A DNA stretch of 64,000 nucleotides from the IMG/VR virus record IMGVR_UViG_3300035703_000044, positions 1-64,000 of that record; one strand, written 5' to 3'. Under the pieces are notes generated by a model, which ran no database searches, was not told the origin of the DNA, and was given only the letters and a program-made list of their open reading frames with translations. Position numbers and translations under genes: made by a program. Source of the stretch: a virus. Positions 49,946 to 59,375 of this stretch are shown piece by piece. Within the stretch, counting starts at the first letter, position 1; each line of letters opens with the position of its first letter.

Positions 49946-49958
49946 CACACTTATACTC

Positions 49959-51146
49959 ATGTCAATGAACATCCTTAACGATATTTCTGCAGTCTATCTT
50001 CAACAGGTTGCTGAGAAGAAAGATGATTCATATCTTGAGAAAGATATGAAGAAACGTCACGAGAATAACGAGAAGGCTCGTGAAGAAATGAAGAGGACTA
50101 AGGCAAATAAGGATATGGTGAAGGCTGCCAGAAAGTCTATGGGTGTTGAAGATGATGATGACGATGATGATATCAACGAAGCAGTAAAAGGTGTTGATAC
50201 TGGAATGAGAAAAGCAGCATCTGCCGAAAGAAGATCGGGAGATAAGAGACTTGCTCCTTCTAAAGGAAAGGGGTATGCGGATCAACAAAAACAAAGTATT
50301 GCCTACATGGATAAGGTAACGAAGAAAAATAAAAATGTTGTTGGATTAGTAACTAAGGAAGCACTTGATCCAGTAGGGAAAGAGGATTCTGATATTGATA
50401 ATGATGGTGATACTGATAGTTCAGATAAGTATCTTCATAAGAGAAGAAAGGCAATTGGTAAGGCAATGAAAAAAGAAAAGATGAAAGAGTCTTTTTCAAA
50501 CTGGAGACAAGATCTTGCTGAAGTGATGGGTGATGTTGAATCAAACAAAGAAGTTAAAGAAAAGAAGGTCAATAATAAGATTAAGATTAATCCAGAGATG
50601 AAGGAGGCAGTTGAGGAACTTGGTGGTGAACTGATTGAGATGGTTGAACTTGATGAGAAGGCACTCAGCAAGCAACAACAAAAGTTTATGGGAATGGTTT
50701 ATGCTGTAAAGAAGGGTGAGATGAAAGCACCATCACCTGAAGTTGCAAAGGCAGCTGCAGGTATGAGTAAGAAATCTGCAAGAGACTTTGCAAAGACTAA
50801 ACATAAAGGACTCCCTCAAGTTAAAGAAGATGTTCTTAATGAAAGAGAACATGATGAACCAGGAGAAGGTCCAAGACAAAAATATGGCGATATGCGTGGT
50901 ATAGATAGAGGAACTGGTAATGAAGTAAAATTTGGTGGAAAGTGGCAAAGTAAAGAAAGAAAAGAAGCTGGTGCTGCAGCACTTGCTAAACTGAAGTCTA
51001 AAGAAAATGGAATACGTGAAATGGAAGAACCTACCATGGAACCATCACAAGATAAAACTAGTGATATGCAAAAGAAAAAAATTCAGGTTCAAAAGGTAAG
51101 AGACTTAACAACCAGATTACAGGCTGCAAGAAAAGGAGTTTATTAA
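49959..51146 (+). CDS. highly charged modular protein, putative internal head protein
   Basis: 'LDPVGKEDSDIDNDGD..SDKYL..RRKAIGKA', 'KALSKQQQKFMGMV', 'DFAKTKHKGLP'. Confidence 0.65.
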   Translation: MSMNILNDISAVYLQQVAEKKDDSYLEKDMKKRHENNEKAREEMKRTKANKDMVKAARKSMGVEDDDDDDDINEAVKGVDTGMRKAASAERRSGDKRLAPSKGKGYADQQKQSIAYMDKVTKKNKNVVGLVTKEALDPVGKEDSDIDNDGDTDSSDKYLHKRRKAIGKAMKKEKMKESFSNWRQDLAEVMGDVESNKEVKEKKVNNKIKINPEMKEAVEELGGELIEMVELDEKALSKQQQKFMGMVYAVKKGEMKAPSPEVAKAAAGMSKKSARDFAKTKHKGLPQVKEDVLNEREHDEPGEGPRQKYGDMRGIDRGTGNEVKFGGKWQSKERKEAGAAALAKLKSKENGIREMEEPTMEPSQDKTSDMQKKKIQVQKVRDLTTRLQAARKGVY

Positions 51147-51205
51147 TCTCTTTTTAAGAGTAATATTTTCTAAATAACTTTGAATCCACTTATACGGAGG
51201 TTATT

Positions 51206-51376
51206 ATGGGCGTACTTGTAGAGGTTGTAAAACCAATTATTCTTGCTGCATTAAACTCTTGTCATACTAAGCGTCTTGTGGTTGAACTACTTGAACGTTA
51301 TGTAAAGACTACTGATAATGACATCGATGATGTTATTGCTGGATCAGTAAGAACAGCACTTTTAAAGAACTGCTGA
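51206..51376 (+). CDS. 56 aa hypothetical protein (not in ORF track)
   Basis: GGAGG RBS; MGVLVEVVKPIILAALNSCHTKRLVVELLERYVKTTDNDIDDVIAGSVRTALLKNC. Confidence 0.7.
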   Translation: MGVLVEVVKPIILAALNSCHTKRLVVELLERYVKTTDNDIDDVIAGSVRTALLKNC

Positions 51377-51404
51377 TTAAATAAAATTAAATTAATATGA
51401 GGTG

Positions 51405-51442
51405 GGGAGACGAAAAGTAAAAGTCTCCCTTTTTTATAAATA
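51405..51442 (+). terminator. terminator running into a late promoter
   Basis: GGGAGAC..GTCTCCC, T-run, then TATAAATA. Confidence 0.75.
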
Positions 51443-51473
51443 TTATTAGCAAATATTTTTACGGAAAAGAAAC

Positions 51474-51995
51474 ATGGCACTCTGGGGAAACAATGATAAT
51501 GTTGGTGCTGGTGGTTCAGTATCATTAAATTATTCTACCGGTGTTGTAACGGGAACTGGAACCACTTTTGGGCAGGTGGGAGCTGCAGCGACTGGTGATA
51601 TAATTAGATTTGGAAGTCGCTCTGGTATCTATTTCGGAGATGCTGTAATTGTTGGAATTGCTAGCACGACTCAACTTACTATTGGATCAACTGCTGGTCT
51701 TAGTGGTGCTGCAATTGCTTCTACATCATTTAGAGTAAGTCAACTTCCCAAGTATACTGTACTTGATTCTAAGTATAGTGAAGCTTCCTGGGGAACTGAT
51801 GATTCATATGTATATGGTGTCGCTGAAGGTGGACTGACGGCGGCAACTGGAACTTCATATGCACTTACCCATGGGGGTTGGGTTGGAGTTACCACTTATG
51901 TTGATGCCAATGGATCACTGAGAGTTAAATCTGAGACTCTCGTTGCAATGTCTGGTATCACTACTGGAAACACACCAGTATTTCCCCCTGCATGA
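51474..51995 (+). CDS. virion structural protein
   Basis: 'MALWG', 'HGGWVG', 'RVKSETLVAMS'; late promoter upstream. Confidence 0.7.
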   Translation: MALWGNNDNVGAGGSVSLNYSTGVVTGTGTTFGQVGAAATGDIIRFGSRSGIYFGDAVIVGIASTTQLTIGSTAGLSGAAIASTSFRVSQLPKYTVLDSKYSEASWGTDDSYVYGVAEGGLTAATGTSYALTHGGWVGVTTYVDANGSLRVKSETLVAMSGITTGNTPVFPPA

Positions 51996-52001
51996 TAATA
52001 T

Positions 52002-52394
52002 ATGATCTTCAATGAATTGAATGAGGACAACTTCCTCCTTTTTGCCATTAAGAATTATGAGAATCCTCAGGCCGTAACAAAAGAAGATTTTGATAAAGAT
52101 CTAAATCATTTCAAGTACATCAAAAGACTTTTGAAACGATATAGAAACACTGGGGAACTTAAGGTTCCCCTTTTGATCAATCACTTTATTGTTCTGTATA
52201 ATATCTTTGGTGAAGCAGCAACTCCGATGCTCTTTTTTAAGATAGAACGAGAACTCTGGTCCACGATGAAAACTTTTATATTATTCTTAAACAAGATACC
52301 AGAATATCCAAAATGTTATCTTCACGATATTCCCGTTGACTTAGATTGTTTAAAAGAACTCCAGAAGATTTTTAGGACAAATGAACAAACTTGA
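52002..52394 (+). CDS. conserved T4-like hypothetical protein
   Basis: 'FAIKNYENP..EDF..DL.HFKYIKRLLKRY..LINH..LYNIFG'. Confidence 0.75.
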   Translation: MIFNELNEDNFLLFAIKNYENPQAVTKEDFDKDLNHFKYIKRLLKRYRNTGELKVPLLINHFIVLYNIFGEAATPMLFFKIERELWSTMKTFILFLNKIPEYPKCYLHDIPVDLDCLKELQKIFRTNEQT

Positions 52395-52596
52395 TAGAAT
52401 TATTCGAATGATTCGTGAGCAGATGGTTGCAAATGCTCCTGGTACTTCTGGTGGTTTTACTGGTGCAGCAGATCCTAAAGGTCCAGTTGCTGGTTATGAT
52501 CCAACAATGAAGAGAAGAAAGTATGCTACAGGTGGAATTGGTAGTAGAAAACGCTGGTTAGATTACCTCAAATCCTCCAATGGCAGAAGAAATTAG
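52381..52596 (+). CDS. hypothetical protein
   Basis: 71 aa ORF coupled to both neighbours. Confidence 0.6.
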   Translation: MNKLDRIIRMIREQMVANAPGTSGGFTGAADPKGPVAGYDPTMKRRKYATGGIGSRKRWLDYLKSSNGRRN

Positions 52597-52963
52597 AGTC
52601 GCAGTACTAGAACAAAAACTAGAAGACTTAAAAGACATCATCGTCAAGATAGATGATGCTATCGAAAAGTTAAGTGAAGTAAATAGTAATGTAACTAAGA
52701 TGCTCGCAGTCCATGAGCAAAGGATCTCCAAGCAAGAGGAAACCGACTCTGTACTCTTTGCTAAAATTGACAAACTCCGTGATAAAGTTGACAGGGATTA
52801 TGACGCACTTGTGTCACGAGTACAAACGATAGAGAAAAGGGTCTGGATGGCCATTGGGGCCATTGCATGTATATCCTTTTTAATGAACAATACTCGTGTT
52901 ATAGAAATCTTGACACCAGAACCTCAGGCATCTATAATAGAGCAACGCAACTTTAAGGTTTGA
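52580..52963 (+). CDS. coiled-coil protein with C-terminal transmembrane segment
   Basis: 'LAVHEQRI', hydrophobic 'VWMAIGAIACISFL'. Confidence 0.7.
   Translation: MAEEIRVAVLEQKLEDLKDIIVKIDDAIEKLSEVNSNVTKMLAVHEQRISKQEETDSVLFAKIDKLRDKVDRDYDALVSRVQTIEKRVWMAIGAIACISFLMNNTRVIEILTPEPQASIIEQRNFKV
52910..52938 (+). promoter_or_regulatory. consensus sigma70 promoter upstream of primase
   Basis: TTGACA-N17-TATAAT. Confidence 0.85.
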
Positions 52964-52965
52964 TT

Positions 52966-53934
52966 ATGGATTTTGTTGATGTTAAGTACATCAATTTGAT
53001 TTCTCCACGACTACAAAAATTCAAAAGAGTAAAGAGTAATCTATACAATTTTCGTTGTCCAATCTGTGGTGATTCTCAAAGAAACAAAAACAAAGCGAGA
53101 GGATATCTATATCAGGTAAAGAATAATACAAACTTTAAGTGTCATAATTGTGGATTGAATATATCTTTCAACAACTTCTTAAAACAAGTAGATATCAATA
53201 CACATAAACAATATACGTTTGAAAAATTTAAAGAGGGTAATACTGGTAAAAACTTTGTTATTGATGAACCAGAGTTTAAGTTTGAAACTCCAAAATTCAA
53301 GACAAAGTTAGATCTTCCCAGGGCATCAGAAAATCCTGATGCAAAGACATACCTGGAAAAAAGAAAATTAAACCCACATAAATTTTATTACACTGAAAAA
53401 TTTAAGGAGTGGACTAACTCCCTAAAACCTACATTTGACTCCACTATTAAAGATGAACCAAGGATTATTATTCCCTTGTTTTATCAAGATACACTAGTCG
53501 GATTTCAGGGTAGGGCATTAGGTCCATCAAAAGTTAAATACATTACTGTAATGATTACTGATGACGCACCAAAAATCTATGGTCTCGATGAAATACAAAA
53601 AGACAAAACTGTCTATGTCACAGAAGGTCCCTTCGACTCAACTTTCATTTGCAATGCGATTGCTCTTTGTGGAGCTGACGGTGATCTTGGTAAGTGGGGC
53701 ATTGACAATCCTGTTTGGATCTATGATAACGAACCACGTAATGGAGAAATCGTCAGGCGAATCCAATCTAAAATTGAGAGTGGAGAGTCCGTCGTCATTT
53801 ATCCAAAGTCAGTAACTGAAAAGGACATTAATGACATGGTTTTATCTGGACTTGATGTGCAATCTATGATAGAATCAAATACTTACTCTGGTTTAGAAGC
53901 AAAACTTAAATTTACTACCTGGAAGAAAATATGA
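52966..53934 (+). CDS. gp61: DNA primase gp61
   Basis: 'RCPICGDS', 'CHNC', 'VTEGPFDS', 'DNEPRN', 'KDINDM'. Confidence 0.97.
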   Translation: MDFVDVKYINLISPRLQKFKRVKSNLYNFRCPICGDSQRNKNKARGYLYQVKNNTNFKCHNCGLNISFNNFLKQVDINTHKQYTFEKFKEGNTGKNFVIDEPEFKFETPKFKTKLDLPRASENPDAKTYLEKRKLNPHKFYYTEKFKEWTNSLKPTFDSTIKDEPRIIIPLFYQDTLVGFQGRALGPSKVKYITVMITDDAPKIYGLDEIQKDKTVYVTEGPFDSTFICNAIALCGADGDLGKWGIDNPVWIYDNEPRNGEIVRRIQSKIESGESVVIYPKSVTEKDINDMVLSGLDVQSMIESNTYSGLEAKLKFTTWKKI

Positions 53935-56231
53935 GTAACGGTTTAAAGGTTCAAAAGAGAAATGGGTCAATTGAGAGTATTGACCTTGATAAGATGCATG
54001 TGATGGTTGAAGAGGCGTGTAGGGGTCTTGCAGGAGTCTCTGCGAGTCAAGTTGAGATGAAGTCTGGTATTCAATTCTATGATGGAATTACAACCTCCGA
54101 GATTCAAGAAATTTTGATTCGTAGTGCGAGTGATCTAATTGATCTGGATCACCCTAACTACCAATATGTTGCTGCACGTCTTCTTCTCTTTTCTGTAAGA
54201 AAACAACTTTATGGGAAGATGAAAGAACTTCCCACTCTAGAACAACACATTATTGATTGTGTATCTGCAGAGGTTTATGATAGTGATATCTACAATAAGT
54301 ATTCTCAGGAAGAGATTGAACGTGCAGATTCCTTTATTGACCATGATCGTGACTTCTTGTTCACATATGCAGGCCTTCGTCAGGTAGTTGATAAGTATTT
54401 GGTACAGGATAGGAGTTCTGGTGGAGTGTATGAAACTCCACAATTCATGTACATGATGATTGCTCTGACTATCTTTGCAGAGTATCCAAAAGAAACTAGG
54501 ATGTCATACGTCAAGAGGTATTATGACGCAATCTCAAAACACAAAATCAACATTCCCACACCTATCATGGCGGGGGTTAGAACTCCACTTCGACAATTTG
54601 CAAGCTGTGTTCTTGTTGATGTTGATGACTCCCTCGATAGCATCTTTAGCAGTGATATGGCTATCGGCCGCTATGTTGCACAACGTGCGGGAATCGGTAT
54701 CAACGCAGGTCGAATCCGCGGCATCAACAGCAAAATACGAGGTGGCGAGGTTCAGCACACGGGTGTTGTACCGTTCCTCAAAAAGTTTGAAGCGACTGTC
54801 CGATGTTGTACTCAAAATGGCATACGCGGTGGATCCGCCACCGTACACTTCCCAATCTGGCACCAAGAAATCGAAGACATCTTAGTTCTCAAGAACAACA
54901 AAGGAACCGAAGATAACCGAGTTCGTAAACTTGATTATTCTATTCAGATTTCTAAGTTGTTCTATGAGAGATTCATTCGCAATGAAGAAGTATCTCTCTT
55001 CTCACCGCATGATGTTCCTGGACTCTATGAGGCATTTGGAACAGATAGGTTTGATGAGTTGTATTTGAGGTATGAGAATGATCCTTCTACCAAGAAAAAG
55101 ACCATTGGTGGACAAGAACTTATTCTTAATCTCTTGAAAGAACGTGCTGAGACTGGTCGTATTTACATTATGAATATTGATCATTGTAACTCACACTCAT
55201 CATTCAAAGATAAGATTGAAATGTCCAATCTTTGTCAGGAAATCACCCTTCCAACTTATCCAATTCAACACATTGATGATGAGAGTGGAGAGATTGCTCT
55301 TTGTATTCTTTCCGCAATCAATGTTGGTAAAGTAAAGTCTGATGAAGAACTGGAAGAACTCTGTGAACTTTCTGTTCGTGGATTGGATGAACTGATTGAT
55401 TATCAGAAGTATCCAGTACGTGCTGCAGAACTCGCCACGAAGGCGCGTAGATCCCTTGGAATCGGTTACATTGGTCTTGCACACTATCTTGCTAAACTTG
55501 GGTATTCATATGAATCTCAAGAGGCCTGGGATGCAGTTCATGGACTCTCAGAATCTTTTCAGTATTACCTGTTGAAAGCTTCTAACAAACTTGCAAAAGA
55601 AAAAGGTCATTGTGAAAACTTTGGTCGTACTAAGTATGCTGATGGAATTCTTCCAATCGATACTTATAAAAAAGATGTAGACGAAATTTCATCGATTCCA
55701 TACCAACATGATTGGGAAACTCTTAGGACATCTATCCTGGAACATGGTCTCAGGCACTCAACACTGTCCGCACAAATGCCATCGGAGAGCAGTTCCGTTG
55801 TGTCAAACGCCACAAATGGAATCGAACCTCCCCGTGGATTCTTGTCCATTAAGAAATCCAAGAAGGGACCTCTTAAACAGATTGTTCCCCAATATGCAAC
55901 GTTGAAGAACCACTACACGTTGTTGTGGGACATGAAGAGTAATGAAGGTTACATCAAGATTGTTGCAATGATGCAAAAGTTCTTTGATCAGGCTATTTCT
56001 GGTAACTGGAGTTACAATCCAGAAAACTATCCAGACAATGAAGTTCCAGTGTCAGTTATGGCAAATGACTTCTTGACTACATACAAGTACGGATGGAAAA
56101 CTTCCTATTATCAGAATACTTACGATATCAAGACTGATGAAGTGGTGGAAGAAAAGAAATCCGAATTGGAAAATCTAATTAATGAGTTAAGTTCAGTAGA
56201 GGAGGGAGAGTGTGAATCCTGTGCAGTTTAA
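53931..56231 (+). CDS. nrdA: class Ia ribonucleotide reductase alpha subunit
   Basis: ATP cone, 'QFASC', 'SNLCQEI', C-terminal 'CESC'. Confidence 0.98.
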   Translation: MSNGLKVQKRNGSIESIDLDKMHVMVEEACRGLAGVSASQVEMKSGIQFYDGITTSEIQEILIRSASDLIDLDHPNYQYVAARLLLFSVRKQLYGKMKELPTLEQHIIDCVSAEVYDSDIYNKYSQEEIERADSFIDHDRDFLFTYAGLRQVVDKYLVQDRSSGGVYETPQFMYMMIALTIFAEYPKETRMSYVKRYYDAISKHKINIPTPIMAGVRTPLRQFASCVLVDVDDSLDSIFSSDMAIGRYVAQRAGIGINAGRIRGINSKIRGGEVQHTGVVPFLKKFEATVRCCTQNGIRGGSATVHFPIWHQEIEDILVLKNNKGTEDNRVRKLDYSIQISKLFYERFIRNEEVSLFSPHDVPGLYEAFGTDRFDELYLRYENDPSTKKKTIGGQELILNLLKERAETGRIYIMNIDHCNSHSSFKDKIEMSNLCQEITLPTYPIQHIDDESGEIALCILSAINVGKVKSDEELEELCELSVRGLDELIDYQKYPVRAAELATKARRSLGIGYIGLAHYLAKLGYSYESQEAWDAVHGLSESFQYYLLKASNKLAKEKGHCENFGRTKYADGILPIDTYKKDVDEISSIPYQHDWETLRTSILEHGLRHSTLSAQMPSESSSVVSNATNGIEPPRGFLSIKKSKKGPLKQIVPQYATLKNHYTLLWDMKSNEGYIKIVAMMQKFFDQAISGNWSYNPENYPDNEVPVSVMANDFLTTYKYGWKTSYYQNTYDIKTDEVVEEKKSELENLINELSSVEEGECESCAV

Positions 56232-57399
56232 GATTTCTTCTACGGAAGAAACCACACAAATTAAAGGAATGACGGTTTTTAACACTGAAAAAGTTGATAC
56301 TAAGAAACAACCAATGTTTTTTGGTAAACCCCTTGGAGTCCAGAGATATGATTCATACAAATATCCTGTATTCGATAAACTGACCACTCAACAATTAGGA
56401 TACTTCTGGAGACCCGAAGAGGTGTCTCTCCAGAAGGATCGTGGAGATTATCAAACACTACGTCCAGAACAGAAACATATCTACACTTCTAATCTGAAGT
56501 ATCAGATTATGCTTGATTCTGTTCAGGGACGTGGACCTGGAATGGCATTTATTCCTTATTGTTCTTTGCCAGAACTTGAGGCATGTATGGAAGTATGGGG
56601 ATTTATGGAGATGATCCATAGTCGTTCATACACTTATATCATCAAGAATGTATACTCGGATCCTTCTGAGGTATTTGATACTATTATTACAGATAATCGC
56701 ATTCTTGAACGTGCCAAGAGTGTAACTGAATCGTATGATGACTTTATTCAATCAGCACAATCTTATGGTACATCCAATGCATGGATGCACAATCTTGAAG
56801 GAGTTTCATACGCAAGAGAAACAATTAACGATGTTAAAAGAAAACTCTATAGAGCAGTCGCAAACGTTAACATTCTTGAAGGTATTCGCTTCTACGTTAG
56901 TTTTGCATGTTCTTTCGCATTCGGTGAACTTAAGCTCATGGAAGGATCCGCTAAGATCATCTCTCTTATCGCAAGAGACGAAAATCAACACTTAGCAATC
57001 ACTCAAAATATTCTGAATAAGTGGAAAGAAGGTGATGATCCTGAGATGCGTCAGATCGCAAAAGAAGAAGAAGAGTGGGTTTATGCAATGTTTGATCGTG
57101 CAGTAAATGAAGAAAAGAAATGGGCAGATTATCTGTTCAAAGATGGAAGCATGATTGGACTTAATGATAAACTTCTTCAACAGTACGTTGAATGGATTGC
57201 AAACAGAAGACTTAAAGCAATTGGGATGAAACCCCAGTACGATATTTCAGCAAACAATAATCCACTTCCTTGGACTCAGCACTGGATTTCCTCTAAAGGT
57301 CTCCAGGTGGCTCCCCAAGAAACGGAAGTTGAAAGTTATGTGGTAGGTGGAATTAAACAAGATGTGAAAACAGACACATTTAGTGGTTTCAAACTGTAA
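56212..57399 (+). CDS. nrdB: ribonucleotide reductase beta subunit
   Basis: 'FWRPEE', 'EMIHSRSY', 'LEGIRFYVSF', 'RDENQH'. Confidence 0.98.
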   Translation: MNPVQFKISSTEETTQIKGMTVFNTEKVDTKKQPMFFGKPLGVQRYDSYKYPVFDKLTTQQLGYFWRPEEVSLQKDRGDYQTLRPEQKHIYTSNLKYQIMLDSVQGRGPGMAFIPYCSLPELEACMEVWGFMEMIHSRSYTYIIKNVYSDPSEVFDTIITDNRILERAKSVTESYDDFIQSAQSYGTSNAWMHNLEGVSYARETINDVKRKLYRAVANVNILEGIRFYVSFACSFAFGELKLMEGSAKIISLIARDENQHLAITQNILNKWKEGDDPEMRQIAKEEEEWVYAMFDRAVNEEKKWADYLFKDGSMIGLNDKLLQQYVEWIANRRLKAIGMKPQYDISANNNPLPWTQHWISSKGLQVAPQETEVESYVVGGIKQDVKTDTFSGFKL

Positions 57400-57424
57400 T
57401 AATATAATAAAATTTTATAGATAG

Positions 57425-57446
57425 GGGAGAGTAATCTCCCTTTTTT
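57425..57446 (+). terminator. intrinsic terminator after nrdB
   Basis: GGGAGA-GTAA-TCTCCC followed by T6. Confidence 0.85.
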
Positions 57447-57447
57447 A

Positions 57448-57603
57448 ATGCCTAAAAATCAACTCACTAAAGACGAACTGAAGGTTCGTGTATTAAAACT
57501 AAAAGATAGATTGCACAAGGACCAACCAAGTTGGGACTCTAAAGGACTTGCTCATAAATATCTGAATGAAGTTCTTGACATTATTGATGAGTATAGGTAC
57601 TAG
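57448..57603 (+). CDS. 51 aa hypothetical protein (not in ORF track)
   Basis: MPKNQLTKDELKVRVLKLKDRLHKDQPSWDSKGLAHKYLNEVLDIIDEYRY. Confidence 0.55.
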   Translation: MPKNQLTKDELKVRVLKLKDRLHKDQPSWDSKGLAHKYLNEVLDIIDEYRY

Positions 57604-58045
57604 TTGCAGTTATAATAATGGGTGGAAATATAAGAAACCTGAAGGACAATGTTTCGAGTCTGAAGACATAGGGGATAATTTTGGGTTTGTTTATCTCATT
57701 ACAAACAAGATAAACTCCAAACAATACATAGGACGGAAATATTTCTGGCAGTTTAGGACCCCCAAAGGGAAAAAACGTAAAGTAAAATCAGAGTCTAATT
57801 GGAAGGATTACTATGGGTCTTGCCCAGAACTTAAAGAAGATATTGAAAAATACGGCAGAGAAAATTTTGTTAGAGTTATTCTCTCATTACATAAAACAAA
57901 GGGCAAAACAAACTTTGAAGAGACAAGACAACTCTTCTGCCACAACGTCCTCACGGAATCACTTGACAACGGGGAACCAGCCTTCTACAATAGCAACATC
58001 CTCAACAGGTACTTCCGAAAAGATTACTATGGAAACACAGATTGA
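57587..58045 (+). CDS. GIY-YIG-family nuclease (catalytic domain only)
   Basis: 'GFVYLITN....QYIGRK', 'YYGS', 'FYNSNI'; start uncertain. Confidence 0.75.
   Translation: MSIGTSCSYNNGWKYKKPEGQCFESEDIGDNFGFVYLITNKINSKQYIGRKYFWQFRTPKGKKRKVKSESNWKDYYGSCPELKEDIEKYGRENFVRVILSLHKTKGKTNFEETRQLFCHNVLTESLDNGEPAFYNSNILNRYFRKDYYGNTD
57963..57991 (+). promoter_or_regulatory. intragenic sigma70-like promoter
   Basis: TTGACA-N17-TACAAT upstream of ORF 58029. Confidence 0.6.
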
Positions 58046-58247
58046 ACCAGTGCCTTATGTGAGGGAGTGGTGTATTAATCGAATCCATTACCTTGCAGAT
58101 CATGGTGGATTGGAAGATCAGTTCAATGCCGTCGCTCTTGCTGAAGAGTTTGATGAATGGATCAACATTCCAGAAGGAGTTCAAGAACTTGATTATCTCT
58201 GTCTTGAAGAAGAAGGTTGGGGGGATCAAGAGGTTGATATTCGGTAA
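58029..58247 (+). CDS. acidic hypothetical protein
   Basis: 72 aa, 'A.ALAEEFDEWI'. Confidence 0.65.
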   Translation: METQIEPVPYVREWCINRIHYLADHGGLEDQFNAVALAEEFDEWINIPEGVQELDYLCLEEEGWGDQEVDIR

Positions 58248-58339
58248 ACCAAACACTTGACTTTTACTAAATATTAACTTATTATGTAAAATCCCACTCC
58301 AAAAGGGTGGGATTTTTATTATTAGACTTTGATTTGATT

Positions 58340-58406
58340 TAGAGCCCAGGAAGGTGCCCCCCGAGAGGGGCGGTGTACCCCCCTTCTATTGGGATGTAGA
58401 GTTCTA
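58340..58406 (+). ncRNA. GC-rich multi-stem leader RNA candidate upstream of the rlpA-like gene
   Basis: Nested pairings plus CCCC-GAGA-GGGG hairpin in an AT-rich context. Confidence 0.5.
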
Positions 58407-58415
58407 TTAAATTTA

Positions 58416-58778
58416 ATGCTTTTTAAAACACTTTCAATTCTTGTCTTTGGTCTTGTCGGACTGGCACCCGTAACAGCAAAGGCAGCGAGCGGATGTTCCC
58501 TCGCATCACATTATGGAGTCGGTGATGGATATCACGGGCAGACAACTGCCAATGGTGAAAGATACAATGCTTATGGTAAATCAGTAGCACATAAAACACT
58601 TCCTTTTGGAACTAGATTGCGTGTAACCAATCAATCAAACGGTAAGTCTGTGATTGTGCGTGTAAATGATCGCGGTCCTTATATCGCGGGTAGAGACCTT
58701 GACTTGTCTTACGGTGCATTCTCTACTATTGCTTCACCCGGTCAAGGTGTTGCTAGGATTTGTTACTCGCGGGTATGA
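58416..58778 (+). CDS. rlpA: RlpA-like (DPBB) lytic transglycosylase with signal peptide
   Basis: 'ASHYG', 'TANGE', 'AHKTLPFGT', 'VRVNDRGPY', 'LDLS'; N-terminus ends 'AKA'. Confidence 0.9.
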   Translation: MLFKTLSILVFGLVGLAPVTAKAASGCSLASHYGVGDGYHGQTTANGERYNAYGKSVAHKTLPFGTRLRVTNQSNGKSVIVRVNDRGPYIAGRDLDLSYGAFSTIASPGQGVARICYSRV

Positions 58779-58802
58779 CGATCTGAAAAACTGAATAAAT
58801 AG

Positions 58803-58831
58803 AGAGGAGTGGTTGCTACTCCTCTTTTTTT
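58803..58831 (+). terminator. intrinsic terminator
   Basis: AGAGGAG..CTCCTCT followed by a T-run. Confidence 0.75.
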
Positions 58832-59242
58832 ATGTTTAATTTTAACTTCGGTAAGAAGAAACCAGATAAGAAGAAGATATTCATCATAAGTCTCGTACTC
58901 AGTGGTATCGTAGCAACCCTCTCACAATGCACAGGAGTGTCCCAGAAGACCCTGTGGGACCTTCTAGACGAGGTACAGAGGACTCTGTTCCCTCAGACCA
59001 TAATCAATGATGTTCTGATCCAAGATCCAGACATCATAAAGAGAAGAGTTGAAAGGGATGTAGACAGAGCCATAAGAGAATATGAGGACTTGACAAGAGA
59101 CTCAGAACCACCTAGAGTACCTTTGCCACGGTTGATAGAGAAAGCTCCAGATGAAGCTTTATGTTATTCTGAAGAGTGTAAGAAACTTGGAGGAGAAATG
59201 AGACTCTGTGCCCCATGGCTTGACACCTGTAAAGAGGAGTGA
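58832..59242 (+). CDS. membrane-anchored hypothetical protein
   Basis: Basic N-terminus, hydrophobic 'IFIISLVLSGIVATLSQC', C-terminal Cys cluster. Confidence 0.7.
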   Translation: MFNFNFGKKKPDKKKIFIISLVLSGIVATLSQCTGVSQKTLWDLLDEVQRTLFPQTIINDVLIQDPDIIKRRVERDVDRAIREYEDLTRDSEPPRVPLPRLIEKAPDEALCYSEECKKLGGEMRLCAPWLDTCKEE

Positions 59243-59248
59243 TATACT
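59220..59248 (+). promoter_or_regulatory. sigma70-like promoter for the tRNA array
   Basis: TTGACA-N17-TATACT. Confidence 0.8.
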
Positions 59249-59265
59249 AAACAAGTAAACAACAA

Positions 59266-59337
59266 GGGCTCATAGTTAAGCGGATATAACTACCGCCTTC
59301 TAAGCGGTCGTCCCTGGTTCGATTCCAGGTGAGCCTG
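59266..59337 (+). tRNA. tRNA-Arg(UCU)
   Basis: ACCGC-CT-TCT-AA-GCGGT; TTCGA T-loop. Confidence 0.92.
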
Positions 59338-59370
59338 TTGACAATTATACTCAATTACTCTATAATTGTC
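59338..59370 (+). promoter_or_regulatory. consensus sigma70 promoter overlapped by a 10-bp inverted repeat
   Basis: TTGACA-N17-TATAAT; GACAATTATA / TATAATTGTC. Confidence 0.8.
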
Positions 59371-59375
59371 TTATT

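Noticed and set aside
12507-57399. Possible inteins or group I introns in gp17, gp43, gp41, nrdA and nrdB
   Set aside because: All are single uninterrupted ORFs of ordinary length with no splice-junction motifs seen
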